DNA from: Eledone cirrhosa
Taxonomy: Eukaryota
Assembly (NCBI GenBank): GCA_964016885.1
Contig: OZ024742.1
Coordinates: forward strand, 320,478,001-320,542,000
Reading direction: 5' to 3'
Length of the DNA stretch: 64,000 bases
This document shows positions 27,401-42,528 of the stretch, in pieces. The notes under the pieces were generated by a model. It was given only the letters and a program-made list of their open reading frames with translations, searched no databases and was not told the DNA's origin. Position 1 is the first letter of the stretch. The number at the start of each line of letters is the position of its first letter. A program made the translations under genes and the position numbers.

Positions 27401-30400
27401 TGGTCTATTGGCACATCAAATGAAACCATAATCTTTATACAACCTGGTCTACTGCCACATCAAATGAAGCCATAATCTTTATACAGCCTGGTCTATTGGC
27501 ACATCAAATGCAACCATAATCTTTATACAGCCTGGTCTATTGGCACATCAAATGAAACCATAATCTTTATACAGCCTGGTCTACTGCCACATCAAATGAA
27601 ACCATAATCTTTATACAGCCTGGTCTACTGCCACATCAAATGAAGCCGTAATCTTTATACAGCCTGGTCTACTGCCACATCAAATGAAGCTATAACCTTT
27701 ATACAGCCTGGTCTACTACCACATCAAATGAAGCCATAATCTTTATACAGCCTGGTCTATTGCCACATCAAATGAAGCCATAATCTTTATACAGCCTGGT
27801 CTACTGCCACATCAAATGAAACCATAATCTTTATACAGCCTGGTCTACTGCCACATCAAATGAAACCATAATCTTTATACAGCCTGGTCTACTGCCACAT
27901 CAAATGAAGCTATAATCTTTATACAGCCTGGTCTACTGCTACATCAAATGAAGCCATAATCTTTATACAGCCTGGTCTATTGCCACATCAAATGAAACCA
28001 TAATCTTTATACAGCCTGGTCTACTGCCACATCAAATGAAACCATAATCTTTATACAGCCTGGTCTACTGCCACATCAAATGAAGCTATAATCTTTATAC
28101 AGCCTGGTCTACTGCCACATCAAATGAAGCCATAATCTTTATACAGCCTGGTCTATTGCCACATCAAATGAAGCCATAATCTTTATACAGCCTGGTCTAC
28201 TGCCACATCAAATGAAGCCATAATCTTTATACAGCCTGGTCTATTGCCACATCAAATGAAGCCATAATCTTTATACAGCCTGGTCTACTGGCACATCAAA
28301 TGAAACCATAATCTTTATACAGCCTCGTCTATCGGCACATCAAATGAAACCATAATCTTTATACAGCCTGGTCTATTGGCACATCAAATGAAACCATAAT
28401 CTTTATACAGCCTGGTCTACTGCCACATCAAATGAAGCTACAATCTTTATACAGCCTGGTCTACTGCCACATCAAATGAAGTCATAATCTTTATACAACC
28501 TGGTCTACTGCCACATCAAATGAAGCTACAATCTTTATACAGCCTGGTCTACTGCCACTTCAAATGAAACCATAATCTTTATACAACCTGGTCTACTGCC
28601 ACATCAAATGAAGCCATAAACTTTATACAGCCTGGTCTACTGCCACTTCAAATGAAACCATAATCTTTATACAGCCTGGTCTACTGCCACATCAAATGAA
28701 GCCATAATCTTTATACAGCCTGGTCTACTGCCACATCAAATGAAGCCATAATCTTTATACAGCCTGGTCTACTGCCACATCAAATGAAGCCATAATCTTT
28801 ATACAGCCTGGTCTACTGCCACATCAAATGAAGCCATAATCTTTATACAGCCTGGTCTATTGGCACATCAAATGAAACCATAATCTTTATACAGCCTGGT
28901 CTATTGGCACATCAAATGAAGCCATAATCTTTATACAGCCTGGTCTATTGGCACATCAAATGAAACCATAATCTTTATACAGCCTGGTCTACTGCCACAT
29001 CAAATGAAACCATAATCTTTATACAGCCTGGTCTACTGCCACATCAAATGAAGCCATAATCTTTATACAGCCTGGTCTATTGCCACATCAAATGAAGCCA
29101 TAATCTGTATACAACCTGGTCTACTGCCACATCAAATGAAACCATAATCTTTATACGGCCTGGTCTACTGCCACTTCAAATGAAACCATAATCTTTATAC
29201 AGCCTGGTCTACTGCCACATCAAATGAAACCATAATCTTTATACAGCCTGGTCTACTGCCACATCAAATGAAATCATAATCTTTATACAGCCTGGTCTAC
29301 TGCCACATCAAATAAAGCCATAATCTTTATACAGCCTGGTCTATTGCCACATCAAATGAAACCATAATCTTTATACAGCCTGGTCTACTGCCACATCAAA
29401 TGAAGCCATAATCTTTATACAGCCTGGTCTACTGCCACATCAAATGAAATCATAATCTTTATACAGCCTGGTCTACTGCCACATCAAATAAAGCCATAAT
29501 CTTTATACAGCCTGGTCTATTGCCACATCAAATGAAACCATAATCTTTATACAGCCTGGTCTACTGCCACATCAAATAAAGCCATAATCTTTATACAGCC
29601 TGGTCTATTGGCACATCAAATGAAGCCATAATCTTTATACAGCCTGGTCTATTGGCACATCAAATGAAACCATAATCTTTATAAAGCCTGGTCTATTGGC
29701 ACATCAAATGAAACCATAATCTTTATACAGCCTGGTCTATTGGCACATCAAATGAAACCATAATCTTTATACAGCCTGGTCTATTGGCACATCAAATGAA
29801 GCCATAATCTTTATACAGCCTGGTCTATTGGCACATCAAATGAAACCATAATCTTTATACAGCCTGGTCTATTGGCACATCAAATGAAGCCATAATCTTT
29901 ATACAGCCTGGTCTATTGGCACATCAAATGAAACCATAATCTTTATACAACCTGGTCTACTGCCACATCAAATCAAGCCATAATCTTTATACAGCCTGGT
30001 CTATTGGCACATCAAATGAAACCATAATCTTTATACAACCTGGTCTACTGCCACATCAAATGAAGCCATAATCTTTATACAGCCTGGTCTATTGGCACAT
30101 CAAATGAAACCATAATCTTTATACAGCCTGGTCTATTGGCACATCAAATGAAACCATAATCTTTATACAGCCTGGTCTACTGCCACATCAAATGAAGCCA
30201 TAATCTTTATACAGCCTGGTCTACTGCCACATCAAATGAAGCCATAATCTTTATACAGCCTGGTGTACTGCCACATCAAATGAAGCTATAATCTTTATAC
30301 AGCCTGGTCTACTGCCACATCAAATGAAGCCATAATCTTTATACAGCCTGGTCTATTGCCACATCAAATGAAGCCATAATCTTTATACAGCCTGGTCTAC

Positions 30401-33400
30401 TGCCACATCAAATGAAACCATAATCTTTATACAGCCTGGTCTACTGCCATATCAATTGAAACCATAATCTTTATACAGCCTGGTCTACTGCCACATCAAA
30501 TGAAGCTATAATCTTTATACAGCCTGGTCTACTGCTACATCAAATGAAGCCATAATCTTTATACAGCCTGGTCTATTGCCACATCAAATGAAACCATAAT
30601 CTTTATACAGCCTGGTCTACTGCCACATCAAATGAAACCATAATCTTTATACAGCCTGGTCTACTGCCACATCAAATGAAGCTATAATCTTTATACAGCC
30701 TGGTCTACTGCCACATTAAATGAAGCTATAATCTTTATACAGCCTGGTCTATTGGCACATCAAATGAAGCCATAATCTTTATACAACCTGGTCTATTGGC
30801 ACATCAAATGAAACCATAATCTTTATACAGCCTGGTCTACTGCCACATCAAATGAAGCCATAATCTGTATACAACCTGGTCTACTGCCACATCAAATGAA
30901 GCCATAATCTTTATACAGCCTGGTCTACTGGAACATCAAATGAAGCCATAATCTTTATACAGCCTGGTCTATTGGCACATCAAATGAAACCATAATCTTT
31001 ATACAGCCTGGTCTATTGGCACATCAAATGAAACCATAATCTTTATACAGCCTGGTCTACTGCCACATCAAATGAAGCCATAATCTTTATACAGCCTGGT
31101 CTACTGGAACATCAAATGAAGCCATAATCTTTATACAGCCTGGTTTATTGGCACATCAAATGAAACCATAATCTTTATACAGCCTGGTCTATTGGCACAT
31201 CAAATGAAACCATAATCTTTATACAGCCTGGTCTATTGGCACATCAAATGAAACCATAATCTTTATACAGCCTGGTCTACTGCCACATCAAATGAAGCCA
31301 TAATCTTTATACAGCCTGGTCTATTGGCACATCAAATGAAACCATAATCTTTATACAGCCTGGTCTATTGGCACATCAAATGAAGCCATAATCTTTATAC
31401 AGCCTGGTCTACTGCCACATCAAATGAAATCATAATCTTTATACAGCCTGGTCTACTGCCACATCAAATATAGCCATAATCTTTATACAGCCTGGTCTAT
31501 TGCCACATCAAATGAAACCATAATCTTTATACAGCCTGGTCTACTGCCACATCAAATGAAGCCATAATCTTTATACAGCCTGGTCTATTGGCACATCAAA
31601 TGAAACCATAATCTTTATACAGCCTGGTCTACTGCCACATCAAATGAAGCCATAATCTTTATACAGCCTGGTCTACTGGAACATCAAATGAAGCCATAAT
31701 CTTTATACAGCCTGGTCTATTGGCACATCAAATGAAACCATAATCTTTATAAAGCCTGGTCTATTGGCACATCAAATGAAACCACAATCTTTATACAGCC
31801 TGGTCTATTGGCACATCAAATGAAACCATATTCTTTATACAGCCTGGTCTATTGGCACATCAAATGAAACCATAATCTTTATACAGCCTGGTCTACTGCC
31901 ACATCAAATGAAACCATAATCTTTATACAGCCTGGTCTACTGCCACATCAAATGAAGCTATAATCTTTATACAGCCTGGTCTACTGCTACATCAAATGAA
32001 GCCATAATCTTTATACAGCCTGGTCTATTGCCACATCAAATGAAACCATAATCTTTATACAGCCTGGTCTACTGCCACATCAAATGAAACCATAATCTTT
32101 ATACAGCCTGGTCTACTGCCACATCAAATGAAGCTATAATCTTTATACAGCCTGGTCTATTGGCACATCAAATGAAGCCATAATCTTTATACAACCTGGT
32201 CTATTGGCACATCAAATGAAACCATAATCTTTATACAGCCTGGTCTACTGCCACATCAAATGAAGCCATAATCTGTATACAACCTAGTCTATTGGCACGT
32301 CAAATGAAGCCATAATCTTTATACAGCCTGGTCTACTGCCACATCAAATGAAGCCATAATCTTTATACAACCTGGTCTACTGCCACATCAAATGAAGCCA
32401 TAATCTTTATACAGCCTGGTCTACTGCCACATCAAATGAAGCCATAATCTTTATACAGCCTGGTCTACTGGAACATCAAATGAAGCCATAATCTTTATAC
32501 AGCCTGGTCTATTGGCACATCAAATGAAACCATAATCTTTATACAGCCTGGTCTATTGGCACATCAAATGAAACCATAATCTTTATACAGCCTGGTCTAC
32601 TGCCACATCAAATGAAGCCATAATCTTTATACAGCCTGGTCTATTGGCACATCAAATGAAACCATAATCTTTATACAGCCTGGTCTATTGGCACATCAAA
32701 TGAAGCCATAATCTTTATACAGCCTTGTCTATTGGCACATCAAATGAAACCATAATCTTTATACAGCCTGGTCTACTGCCACATCAAATGAAACCATAAT
32801 CTTTATACAGCCTGGTCTACTGCCACCTCAAATGAAGCCATAATCTTTATACAGCCTGGTCTATTGCCACATCAAATGAAGCCATAATCTTTATACAACC
32901 TGGTCTACTGCCACATCAAATGAAACCATAATCTTTATACAGCCTGGTCTACTGCCACTTCAAATGAAACCATAATCTTTATACAGCCTGGTCTACTGCC
33001 ACATCAAATGAAACCATAATCTTTATACAGCCTGGTCTACTGCCACATCAAATGAAATCATAATCTTTATACAGCCTGGTCTATTGGCACATCAAATGAA
33101 GCCATAATCTTTATACAGCCTGGTCTACTGCCACATCAAATGAAGCCATAATCTTTATACAGCCTGGTCTATTGGCACATCAAATGAAGCCATAATCTTT
33201 ATACAGCCTGGTCTATTGGCACATCAAATGAAGCCATAATCTTTATACAGCCTGGTCTATTGGCACATCAAATGAAACGATAATCTTTATACAGCCTGGT
33301 CTACTGCCACATCAAATGAAGCCATAATCTTTATACAACCTGGTCTACTGCCACATCAAATGAAGCCATAATCTTTATACAGCCTGGTCTACTGCCACAT

Positions 33401-36400
33401 CAAATGAAGCCATAATCTTTATACAGCCTGGTCTATTGGCACATCAAATGAAACCATAATCTTTATACAGCCTGGTCTACTGCCACATCAAATGAAACCA
33501 TAATCTTTATACAGCCTGGTCTATTGGCACATCAAATGAAACCATAATCTTTATACAGCCTGGTCTACTGCCACATCAAATAAAACCATAATCTTTATAC
33601 AGCCTGGTCTATTGGCACATCAAATGAAACCATAATCTTTATACAGCCTGGTCTACTGCCACATCAAATGAAACCATAATCTTTTTACAGCCTGGTCTAC
33701 TGCCACATCAAATGAAGCCATAATCTTTATACAACCTGGTCTACTGCCATATCAAATGAAGCCATAATCTTTATACAACCTAGTCTACTGCCACATCAAA
33801 TGAAGCCATAATCTTTATACAGCCTGGTCTACTACCACATCAAATGAAACCATAATCTTTATATAGCCTGGTCTACTGCCACATCAAATGAAGCCATAAT
33901 CTTTATACAGCCTGGTCTACTGCCACATCAAATGAAGCCATAATCTTTATACAGCCCGGTCTGTTGGCACATCAAATGAAACCATAATCTTTATACAGCC
34001 TGGTCTACTGCCACATCAAATAAAACCATAATCTTTATACAGCCTGGTCTATTGGCACATCAAATGAAACCATAATCTTTATACAGCCTGGTCTACTGCC
34101 ACATCAAATGAAACCATAATCTTTATACAGCCTGGTCTATTGGCACATCAAATGAAGCCATAATCTTTATACAACCTGGTCTATTGGCACATCAAATGAA
34201 GCCATAATCTTTATACAGCTTGGTCTACTGCCACATCAAATGAAGCCATAATCTTTATACAGCCTGGTCTACTACCACATCAAATGAAACCATAATCTTT
34301 ATATAGCCTGGTCTACTGCCACATCAAATGAAGCCATAATCTTTATACAGCCTGGTCTACTGCCACATCAAATGAAGCCATAATCTTTATACAGCCCGGT
34401 CTGTTGGCACATCAAATGAAACCATAATCTTTATACAGCCTGGTCTACTGCTACATCAAATGAAGCCATAATCTTTATACAGCCTGGTCTATTGCCACAT
34501 CAAATGAAACCATAATCTTTATACAGCCTGGTCTACTGCCACATCAAATGAAACCATAATCTTTATACAGCCTGGTCTACTGCCACATCAAATGAAGCTA
34601 TAATCTTTATACAGCCTGGTCTACTGCTACATCAAATGAAGCCATAATCTTTATACAGCCTGGTCTATTGCCACATCAAATGAAACCATAATCTTTATAC
34701 AGCCTGGTCTACTGCCACATCAAATGAAACCATAATCTTTATACAGCCTGGTCTACTGCCACATCAAATGAAGCTATAATCTTTATACAGCCTGGTCTAC
34801 TGCCACATCAAATGAAGCTATAATCTTTATACAGCCTGGTCTATTGGCACATCAAATGAAGCCATAATCTTTATACAACCTGGTCTATTGGCACATCAAA
34901 TGAAACCATAATCTTTATACAGCCTGGTCTACTGCCACATCAAATGAAGCCATAATCTGTATACAACCTAGTCTATTGGCACGTCAAATGAATCCATAAT
35001 CTTTATACAGCCTGGTCTACTGCCACATCAAATGAAGCCATAATCTTTATACAACCTGGTCTACTGCCACATCAAATGAAGCCATAATCTTTATACAGCC
35101 TGGTCTACTGCCACATCAAATGAAGCCATAATCTTTATACAGCCTGGTCTACTGGAACATCAAATGAAGCCATAATCTTTATACAGCCTGGTCTATTGGC
35201 ACATCAAATGAAACCATAATCTTTATAAAGCCTGGTCTATTGGCACATCAAATGAAACCATAATCTTTATACAGCCTGGTCTATTGGCACATCAAATGAA
35301 GCCATAATCTTTATACAGCCTGGTCTACTGCCACATCAAATGAAGCCATAATCTTTATACAGCCTGGTCTACTGCCACATCAAATGAAACCATAATCTTT
35401 ATATAGCCTGGTCTACTGCCACATCAAATGAAGCCATAATCTTTATACAGCCTGGTCTACTGCCACATCAAATGAAGCAATAATCTTTATACAGCCTGGT
35501 CTACTGCCACATCAAATGAAGCCATAATCTTTATACAGCCTGGTCTACTGCCACATCAAATGAAACCATAATCTTTATACAGCCTGGTCTACTGCCACAT
35601 CAAATGAAGCCATAATCTTTATACAGCCTGGTCTACTGCCACATCAAATGAAGCCATAATCTTTATACAGCCTGGTCTATTGGCACATCAAATGAAACCA
35701 TAATCTTTATACAGCCTGGTCTACTGCCACATCAAATGAAGCCATAATCTTTATACAGCCTGGTCTATTGGCACATCAAATGAAACCATAATCTTTATAC
35801 AGCCTGGTCTACTGCCACATCAAATGAAGCCATTATCTTTATACAGCCTGGTCTATTGGCACATCAAATGAAACCATAATCTTTATACAGCCTGGTCTAC
35901 TGCCACATCAAATGAAACCATAATCTTTATACAGCCTGGTCTACTGCCACATCAAATGAAACTATAATCTTTATACAGCCTGGTCTACTGCCACATCAAA
36001 TGAAGCTATAATCTTTATACAGCCTGGTCTACTGCCATATCAAATGAAGCTATAATCTTTATACAGCCTGGTCTACTGCCACATCAAATGAAGCCATAAT
36101 CTTTATACAACCTGGTCTATTGGCACATCAAATGAAACCATAATCTTTATACAGCCTGGTCTATTGGCACATCAAATGAAGCCATAATCTTTATACAGCC
36201 TGGTCTACTGCCACATCAAATGAAGCCATAATCTTTATACAGCCTGGTCTACTGCCACATCAAATGAAACCATAATCTTTATATAGCCTGGTCTACTGCC
36301 ACATCAAATGAAGCCATAATCTTTATACAGCCTGGTCTACTGCCACATCAAATGAAGCCATAATCTTTATACAGCCTGGTCTACTGCCACATCAAATGAA

Positions 36401-39400
36401 ACCATAATCTTTATACAGCCTGGTCTACTGCCACATCAAATGAAGCCATAATCTTTATACAGCCTGGTCTACTGCCACATCAAATGAAACCATAATCTTT
36501 ATACAGCCTGGTCTACTGCCACATCAAATGAAGCCATAATCTTTATATAGCCTGGTCTACTGCCACATCAAATGAAGCCATAATCTTTATACAGCCTGGT
36601 CTATTGGCACATCAAATGAAACCATAATCTTTATACAGCCTGGTCTACTGCCACATCAAATGAAGCCATAATCTTTATACAGCCTGGTCTATTGGCACAT
36701 CAAATGAAACCATAATCTTTATACAGCCTGGTCTACTGCCACATCAAATGAAGCCATTATCTTTATACAGCCTGGTCTATTGGCACATCAAATGAAACCA
36801 TAATCTTTATACAGCCTGGTCTACTGCCACATCAAATGATGCCATAATCTTTATACAGCCTGGTCTACTGCCACATCAAATGAAACCATAATCTTTATAC
36901 AGCCTGGTCTATTGGCACATCAAATGAAACCATAATCTTTATACAGCCTGGTCTATTGGCACATCAAATGAAACCATAATCTTTATACAGCCTGGTCTAC
37001 TGCCACATCAAATGAAGCCATAATCCTTATACAGCCTGGTCTATTGCCACATCAAATGAAGCCATAATCTTTATACAGCCTGGTCTACTGCCACATCAAA
37101 TGAAGCCATAATCTTTATACAGCCTGGTCTATTGGCACATCAAATGAAGCTATAATCTTTATACAGCCTAGTCTACTGCTACACAAATGAAGCCATAATC
37201 TTTATACAGCCTGGTCTATTGGCACATCAAATGAAGCCATAATCTTTATACAGCCTGGTCTACTGCCACATCAAATGAAGCCATAATCTTTATACAGCCT
37301 GGTCTACTGCCACTTCAAATGAAACCATAATCTTTATACAGCCTGGTCTAATGCCACATCAAATGAAACCATAATCTTTATACAGCCTGGTCTACTGCCA
37401 CATCAAATGAAGCCATAATCTTTATACAGCCTGGTCTACTGCCACATCAAATGAAACCATAATCTTTATACAGCCTGGTCTACTGCCACATCAAATGAAG
37501 CCATAATCTTTATACAGCCTGGTCTACTGCCACATCAAATGAAACCATAATCTTTATACAGCCTGGTCTACTGCCACATCAAATGAAACCATAATCTTTA
37601 TACAGCCTGGTCTACTGCCACTTCAAATGAAACCATAATCTTTATACAGCCTGGTCTAATGCCACATCAAATGAAACCATAATCTTTATACAGCCTGGTC
37701 TACTGCCACATCAAATGAAGCCATAATCTTTATACAGCCTGGTCTACTGCCACATCAAATGAAACCATAATCTTTATACAGCCTGGTCTACTGCCACATC
37801 AAATGAAGCCATAATCTTTATACAGCCTGGTCTAATGCCACATCAAATGAAACCATAATCTTTATACAGCCTGGTCTACTGCCACATCAAATGAAGCCAT
37901 AATCTTTATACAGCCTGGTCTACTGCCACTTCAAATGAAACCATAATCTTTATACAGCCTGGTCTATTGCCACATCAAATGAAGCCATAATCTTTATACA
38001 GCCTGGTCTACTGCCACTTCAAATGAAACCATAATCTTTATACAGCCTGGTCTATTGCCACATCAAATGAAGCCATAATCTTTATACAGCCTGGTCTACT
38101 GCCACTTCAAATGAAACCATAATCTTTATACAGCCTGGTCTAATGCCACATCAAATGAAACCATAATCTTTATACAGCCTGGTCTATTGGCACATCAAAT
38201 GAAGCCATAATCTTTATACAGCCTGGTCTACTGCCACATCAAATGAAGCCATAATCTTTATACAGCCTGGTCTATTGCCACATCAAATGAAGCCATAATC
38301 TTTATACAGCCTGGTCTATTGCCACATCAAATGAAGCCATATATCTTTATACCGCCTGGTCTACTGCCACATCAAATGAAGCCATAATCTTTATACAGCC
38401 TGGTCTACTGCCACATCAAATGAAGCCATAATCTTTATACAGCCTGGTCTACTGCCACATCAAATGAAACCATAATCTTTATACAGCCTGGTCTACTGCC
38501 ACATCAAATGAAGCTATAATCTTTATACAGCCTGGTCTACTGCCACATCAAATGAAGCCATAATCTTTATACAGCCTGGTCTACTGCCACATCAAATGAA
38601 ACCATAATCTTTATACAGCCTGGTCTACTGCCACATCAAATGAAGCCATAATCTTTATACAGCCTGGTTTACTGCCACATCAAATGAAGCCATAATCTTT
38701 ATACAGCCTGGTCTACTGCCACATCAAATGAAACCATAATCTTTATATAGTCTGGTCTACTGCCACATCAAATGAAGCTATAATCTTTATACAGCCTGGT
38801 CTACTGCAACGCAAATGAAGCCATAATCTTTATACAGCCTGGTCTATTGGCACATCAAATGAAACCATAATCTTTACACAGCCTGGTCTACTGCCACATC
38901 AAATGAAACCATAATCTTTATACAGCCTGGTCTATTGGCACATCAAATGAAACCATAATCTTTATACAGCCTGGTCTACTGCCACATCAAATGAAACCAT
39001 AATCTTTATACAGCCTGGTCTACTGCCACATCAAATGAAGCTATAATCTTTATACAGCCTGGTCTACTGCCACATCAAATGAAGCTATAATCTTTATACA
39101 GCCTGGTCTACTGCCACATCAAATGAAACCATAATCTTTATACAGCCTGGTCTACTGCCACATCAAATGAAGCTATAATCTTTATACAGCCTGGTCTACT
39201 GCCACATCAAATGAAGCTATAATCTTTATACAGCCTGGTCTACTGCCACATCAAATGAAGCCATAATCTTTATACAGCCTGGTCTATTGGCACATCAAAT
39301 GAAACCATAATCTTTATACAGCCTGGTCTACTGCCACATCAAATGAAACCATAATCTTTATACAGCCTGGTCTATTGGCACATCAAATGAAACCATAATC

Positions 39401-40625
39401 TTTATACAGCCTGGTCTACTGCCACATCAAATGAAACCATAATCTTTATACAGCCTGGTCTACTGCCACATCAAATGAAGCTATAATCTTTATACAGCCT
39501 GGTCTACTGCCACATCAAATGAAACCATAATCTTTATACAGCCTGGTCTACTGCCACATCAAATGAAGCTATAATCTTTATACAGCCTGGTCTACTGCCA
39601 CATCAAATGAAGCTATAATCTTTATACAGCCTGGTCTACTGCCACATCAAATGAAGCCATAATCTTTATACAGCCTGGTCTACTGCCACATCAAATGAAG
39701 CCATAATCTTTATACAGCCTGGTCTACTGCCACATCAAATGAAACCATAATCTTTATATAGCCTGGTCTACTGCCACATCAAATGAAGCTATAATCTTTA
39801 TACAGCCTGGTCTACTGCCACATCAAATGAAGCTATAATCTTTATACAGCCTGGTCTACTGCCACATCAAATGAAGCCATAATCTTTATACAGCCTGGTC
39901 TACTGCCACATCAAATGAAGCCATAATCTTTATACAGCCTGGTCTATTGCCACATCAAATGAAGCCATAATCTTTATACAGCCTGGTCTACTGCCACATC
40001 AAATGAAGCCATAATCTTTATACAACCTGGTCTATTGGCACATCAAATGAAACCATAATCTTTATACAGCCTGGTCTACTGGCACATCAAATGAAACCAT
40101 AATCTTTATACAGCCTGGTCTATTGGCACATCAAATGAAGCCATAATCTTTATACAGCCTGGTCTATTTGCACATCAAATGAAGCCATAATCTTTATACA
40201 GCCTGGTCTACTGGAACATCAAATTAAGCCATAATCTTTATACAGCCTGGTCTATTGGCACATCAAATGAAGCCATAATATTTATACTGCCTGGTCTACT
40301 GGAACATCAAATGAAGCCATAATCTTTATACAGCCTGGTCTATTGGCACATCAAATGAAGCCATAATCTTTATACAGCCTGGTCTATTGGCACATCAAAT
40401 GAAGCCATAATCTTTATACAACCTGCTCTACTGGCACATCAAATGAAACCATAATCTTTATACAGCCTGGTCTATTGGCACATGAAATGAAACCATAATC
40501 TTTATACAGCCTGGTCTATTGGCACATCAAATGAAGCCATAATCTTTATACAGCCTGGTCTACTGCCACATCAAATGAAACCATAATCTTTATACAGCCT
40601 GGTCTACTGCCACATCAAATGAAAC
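15408..40625. repeat. 44-bp tandem satellite, about 570 copies (consensus GAAGCCATAATCTTTATACAGCCTGGTCTACTGCCACATCAAAT)
   Basis: Period 44 read directly (GAAGCC at 15491 and 15535). Uninterrupted for ~25.2 kb. Recurrent variants TACTGCC/TATTGGC/TACTGGA and GAAG/GAAA. Confidence 0.99.
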
Positions 40626-40710
40626 TACAGACCACATGTGACCTACGTATGGCTGTTATTTCCATGCCAGAATTGCTCTCATTAGCCATCTACTGACACA
40701 TAAAACTTAA
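40626..40710 (+). mobile_element. Decayed RTE-type LINE ORF terminus (right part; C2H2 zinc finger remnant and stop)
   Basis: Continues in frame from the last satellite unit: NETTDHM*PTYGCYFHARIALISHLLTHKT*, matching the RTE terminal CPxCGRxFxARIGLISHLRTH motif. Confidence 0.75.
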
Positions 40711-40947
40711 TGAATCATGTAGCAGAAGTTTTTGTTTTCATTAATTACCAAAAGACAAATATGCAACCATATATCTAATATTGTCTATTAAACTAATCAA
40801 CAAGATACCAGGTAATTCATTGTACCTCTGTAATACTTTTATCTGGCTGAAGTAAAATTTTATATAAATAATGAATAATGGTATAAAGAAATATTTTTAA
40901 AATAAATTTAGTAACCCTATATCTTTCATCTTTTATTCAATTTCCAG

Positions 40948-40994
40948 AAAGATGAAAAGAAAGAAAAGCCGGCAGTGGACCAGATATTTCTTTC
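40948..40994 (+). CDS. ABCD3: ABCD3 coding exon 3 (47 nt)
   Basis: tttccAG acceptor, GTTAGT donor. Encodes KDEKKEKPAVDQIFL(S), matching ABCD3 KEGKKERAVVDKVFFS. Confidence 0.9.
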
Positions 40995-41235
40995 GTTAGT
41001 ATATCTGTTTTTCTTTATTTTGACTCAGCACCAGTGTTATTATTAATTACTCACATAGGCACAAGACCTCACATTTTGGGTGGCAGGTATACTCAGTTTT
41101 TATCAACCCCAACTTGACTGCTACTTGATTTATTTGATCCTGAAAGAATGAAACCTACACTTGACTCCAGCAAGACGTGAACTTGGAATATAAAGAGACA
41201 TATAACAGTAGCCTATATTTTCTGCAGTATACTAG

Positions 41236-41428
41236 GGCGGTGGATGTATCGGTAGAGCATCGGACACCATGCTTCGTAGCATAGAGTTACAGCCCTTTAT
41301 GTTCTGAGTTCAAATCCTGCTGAGGTTAGTTTTGCCTTTCATCCTCACGTGGTCGATAAAACAAAGCACCAGTGAGTACTGGGGTCGATTTAATCGACTT
41401 TACTCTTCCCCAAATTACTGGCCTTTGC
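41236..41428 (+). mobile_element. SINE, related subfamily
   Basis: GGCGGTGGA...GGTAGAGC head, GAGTTCAAATCC box B, TTTGCCTTTCATCCT...GGTCGATAAAA core. Confidence 0.75.
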
Positions 41429-42145
41429 TGGTTGTTATTAAATAAAATAGAGAAAAAAAATTGAATATTAAATCTTTTCAGGTTACGAGAACATTTTTTT
41501 TAATATAACAATATTTTCGCTGCCTGATTTTTACTTTGCTGTTGGTGAAATTATATGGTATGACAAATAATTGTTAAAATTTGTAAATTGAAGGCTATTA
41601 TTACACTAAATGGATTATGGGTTTTACTTTTATAACAGAGATATCAGTAAAATATCATGTTGTATATGTTAGTAAACTGGCTTAGTTTAATGAGGTATGG
41701 AAACTGTGTGGTAGAACATTGGATATATGCCTTGTCATATTTTGTTATGTATTTTTATGTTCTGAGTTCAATGGCAAGAAAACTGAATAGCCAGTGCTTT
41801 TTTTAGCAAAGTCCTTTGTGATAGTTATTCTATACTGAGTCACAGATGTTCTCATATTACAATCACAGTCAGAAATGCATTGACCTTATTGGAAACCTGT
41901 AACCATGGTATTCTTCTCAGATAGTCTGTCCATCCTGCATATATTTGCACATTGGACAGCAATTTTCTTCTTAGTCTGTCCATCCTACACTTATTTGCAC
42001 TATAGTTTTTTCATACCAGTAATCTGTCTGTCACAAAATGTGACCAGGTAATCATACTTTTTGTTTTATTACTGTATTTTGGACTCTTTGATGATGATCT
42101 TCTTAGTCTTTTTTGTTTCTGATATGATGATCATATTAATATCAT

Positions 42146-42298
42146 TCATGCTTTCCAGCATAGTTACGTCCCTTTACGATCTGAGTTCAAATCCTGCCGA
42201 GGTTGACTTTGCCTTTCATCCTTACGGGGTCGATAAAATAAAGTACCAGTAATGCACTGGGTAATTGCTGGCCTTGTGCCTAAAGTAGAAACAATTAT
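42146..42298 (+). mobile_element. SINE, same family as 48217-48400, 5'-truncated
   Basis: Near-identical core in the opposite orientation. Confidence 0.8.
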
Positions 42299-42326
42299 GT
42301 GATCATAGTATGAAATTTTCGTTTAA

Positions 42327-42528
42327 CCCTTTAGCATTTACATTACTCTATAATATATATATCATATTTTCGTGATAATTATCTCATATAATATCAAATC
42401 TATGAGATTTTGATATTTATTTTGAGAACAATACCTTAATATCAGTATGAGTGGCCAGTTACAGCTGGTTTGAACAGAAAAAAGTGAGAGAATTCTGACT
42501 GGATATGGCCAGTTTAAATGCTAAAGGG
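42327..42528. mobile_element. piggyBac-like MITE
   Basis: TIR CCCTTTAGCATTTA / TAAATGCTAAAGGG with TTAA on both sides. Confidence 0.8.

Noticed and set aside
15408-40625. CRISPR-like or coding repeat array
   Set aside because: There are no unique spacers, the unit length of 44 is not a multiple of 3, stops are frequent, and the context is a eukaryotic intron.
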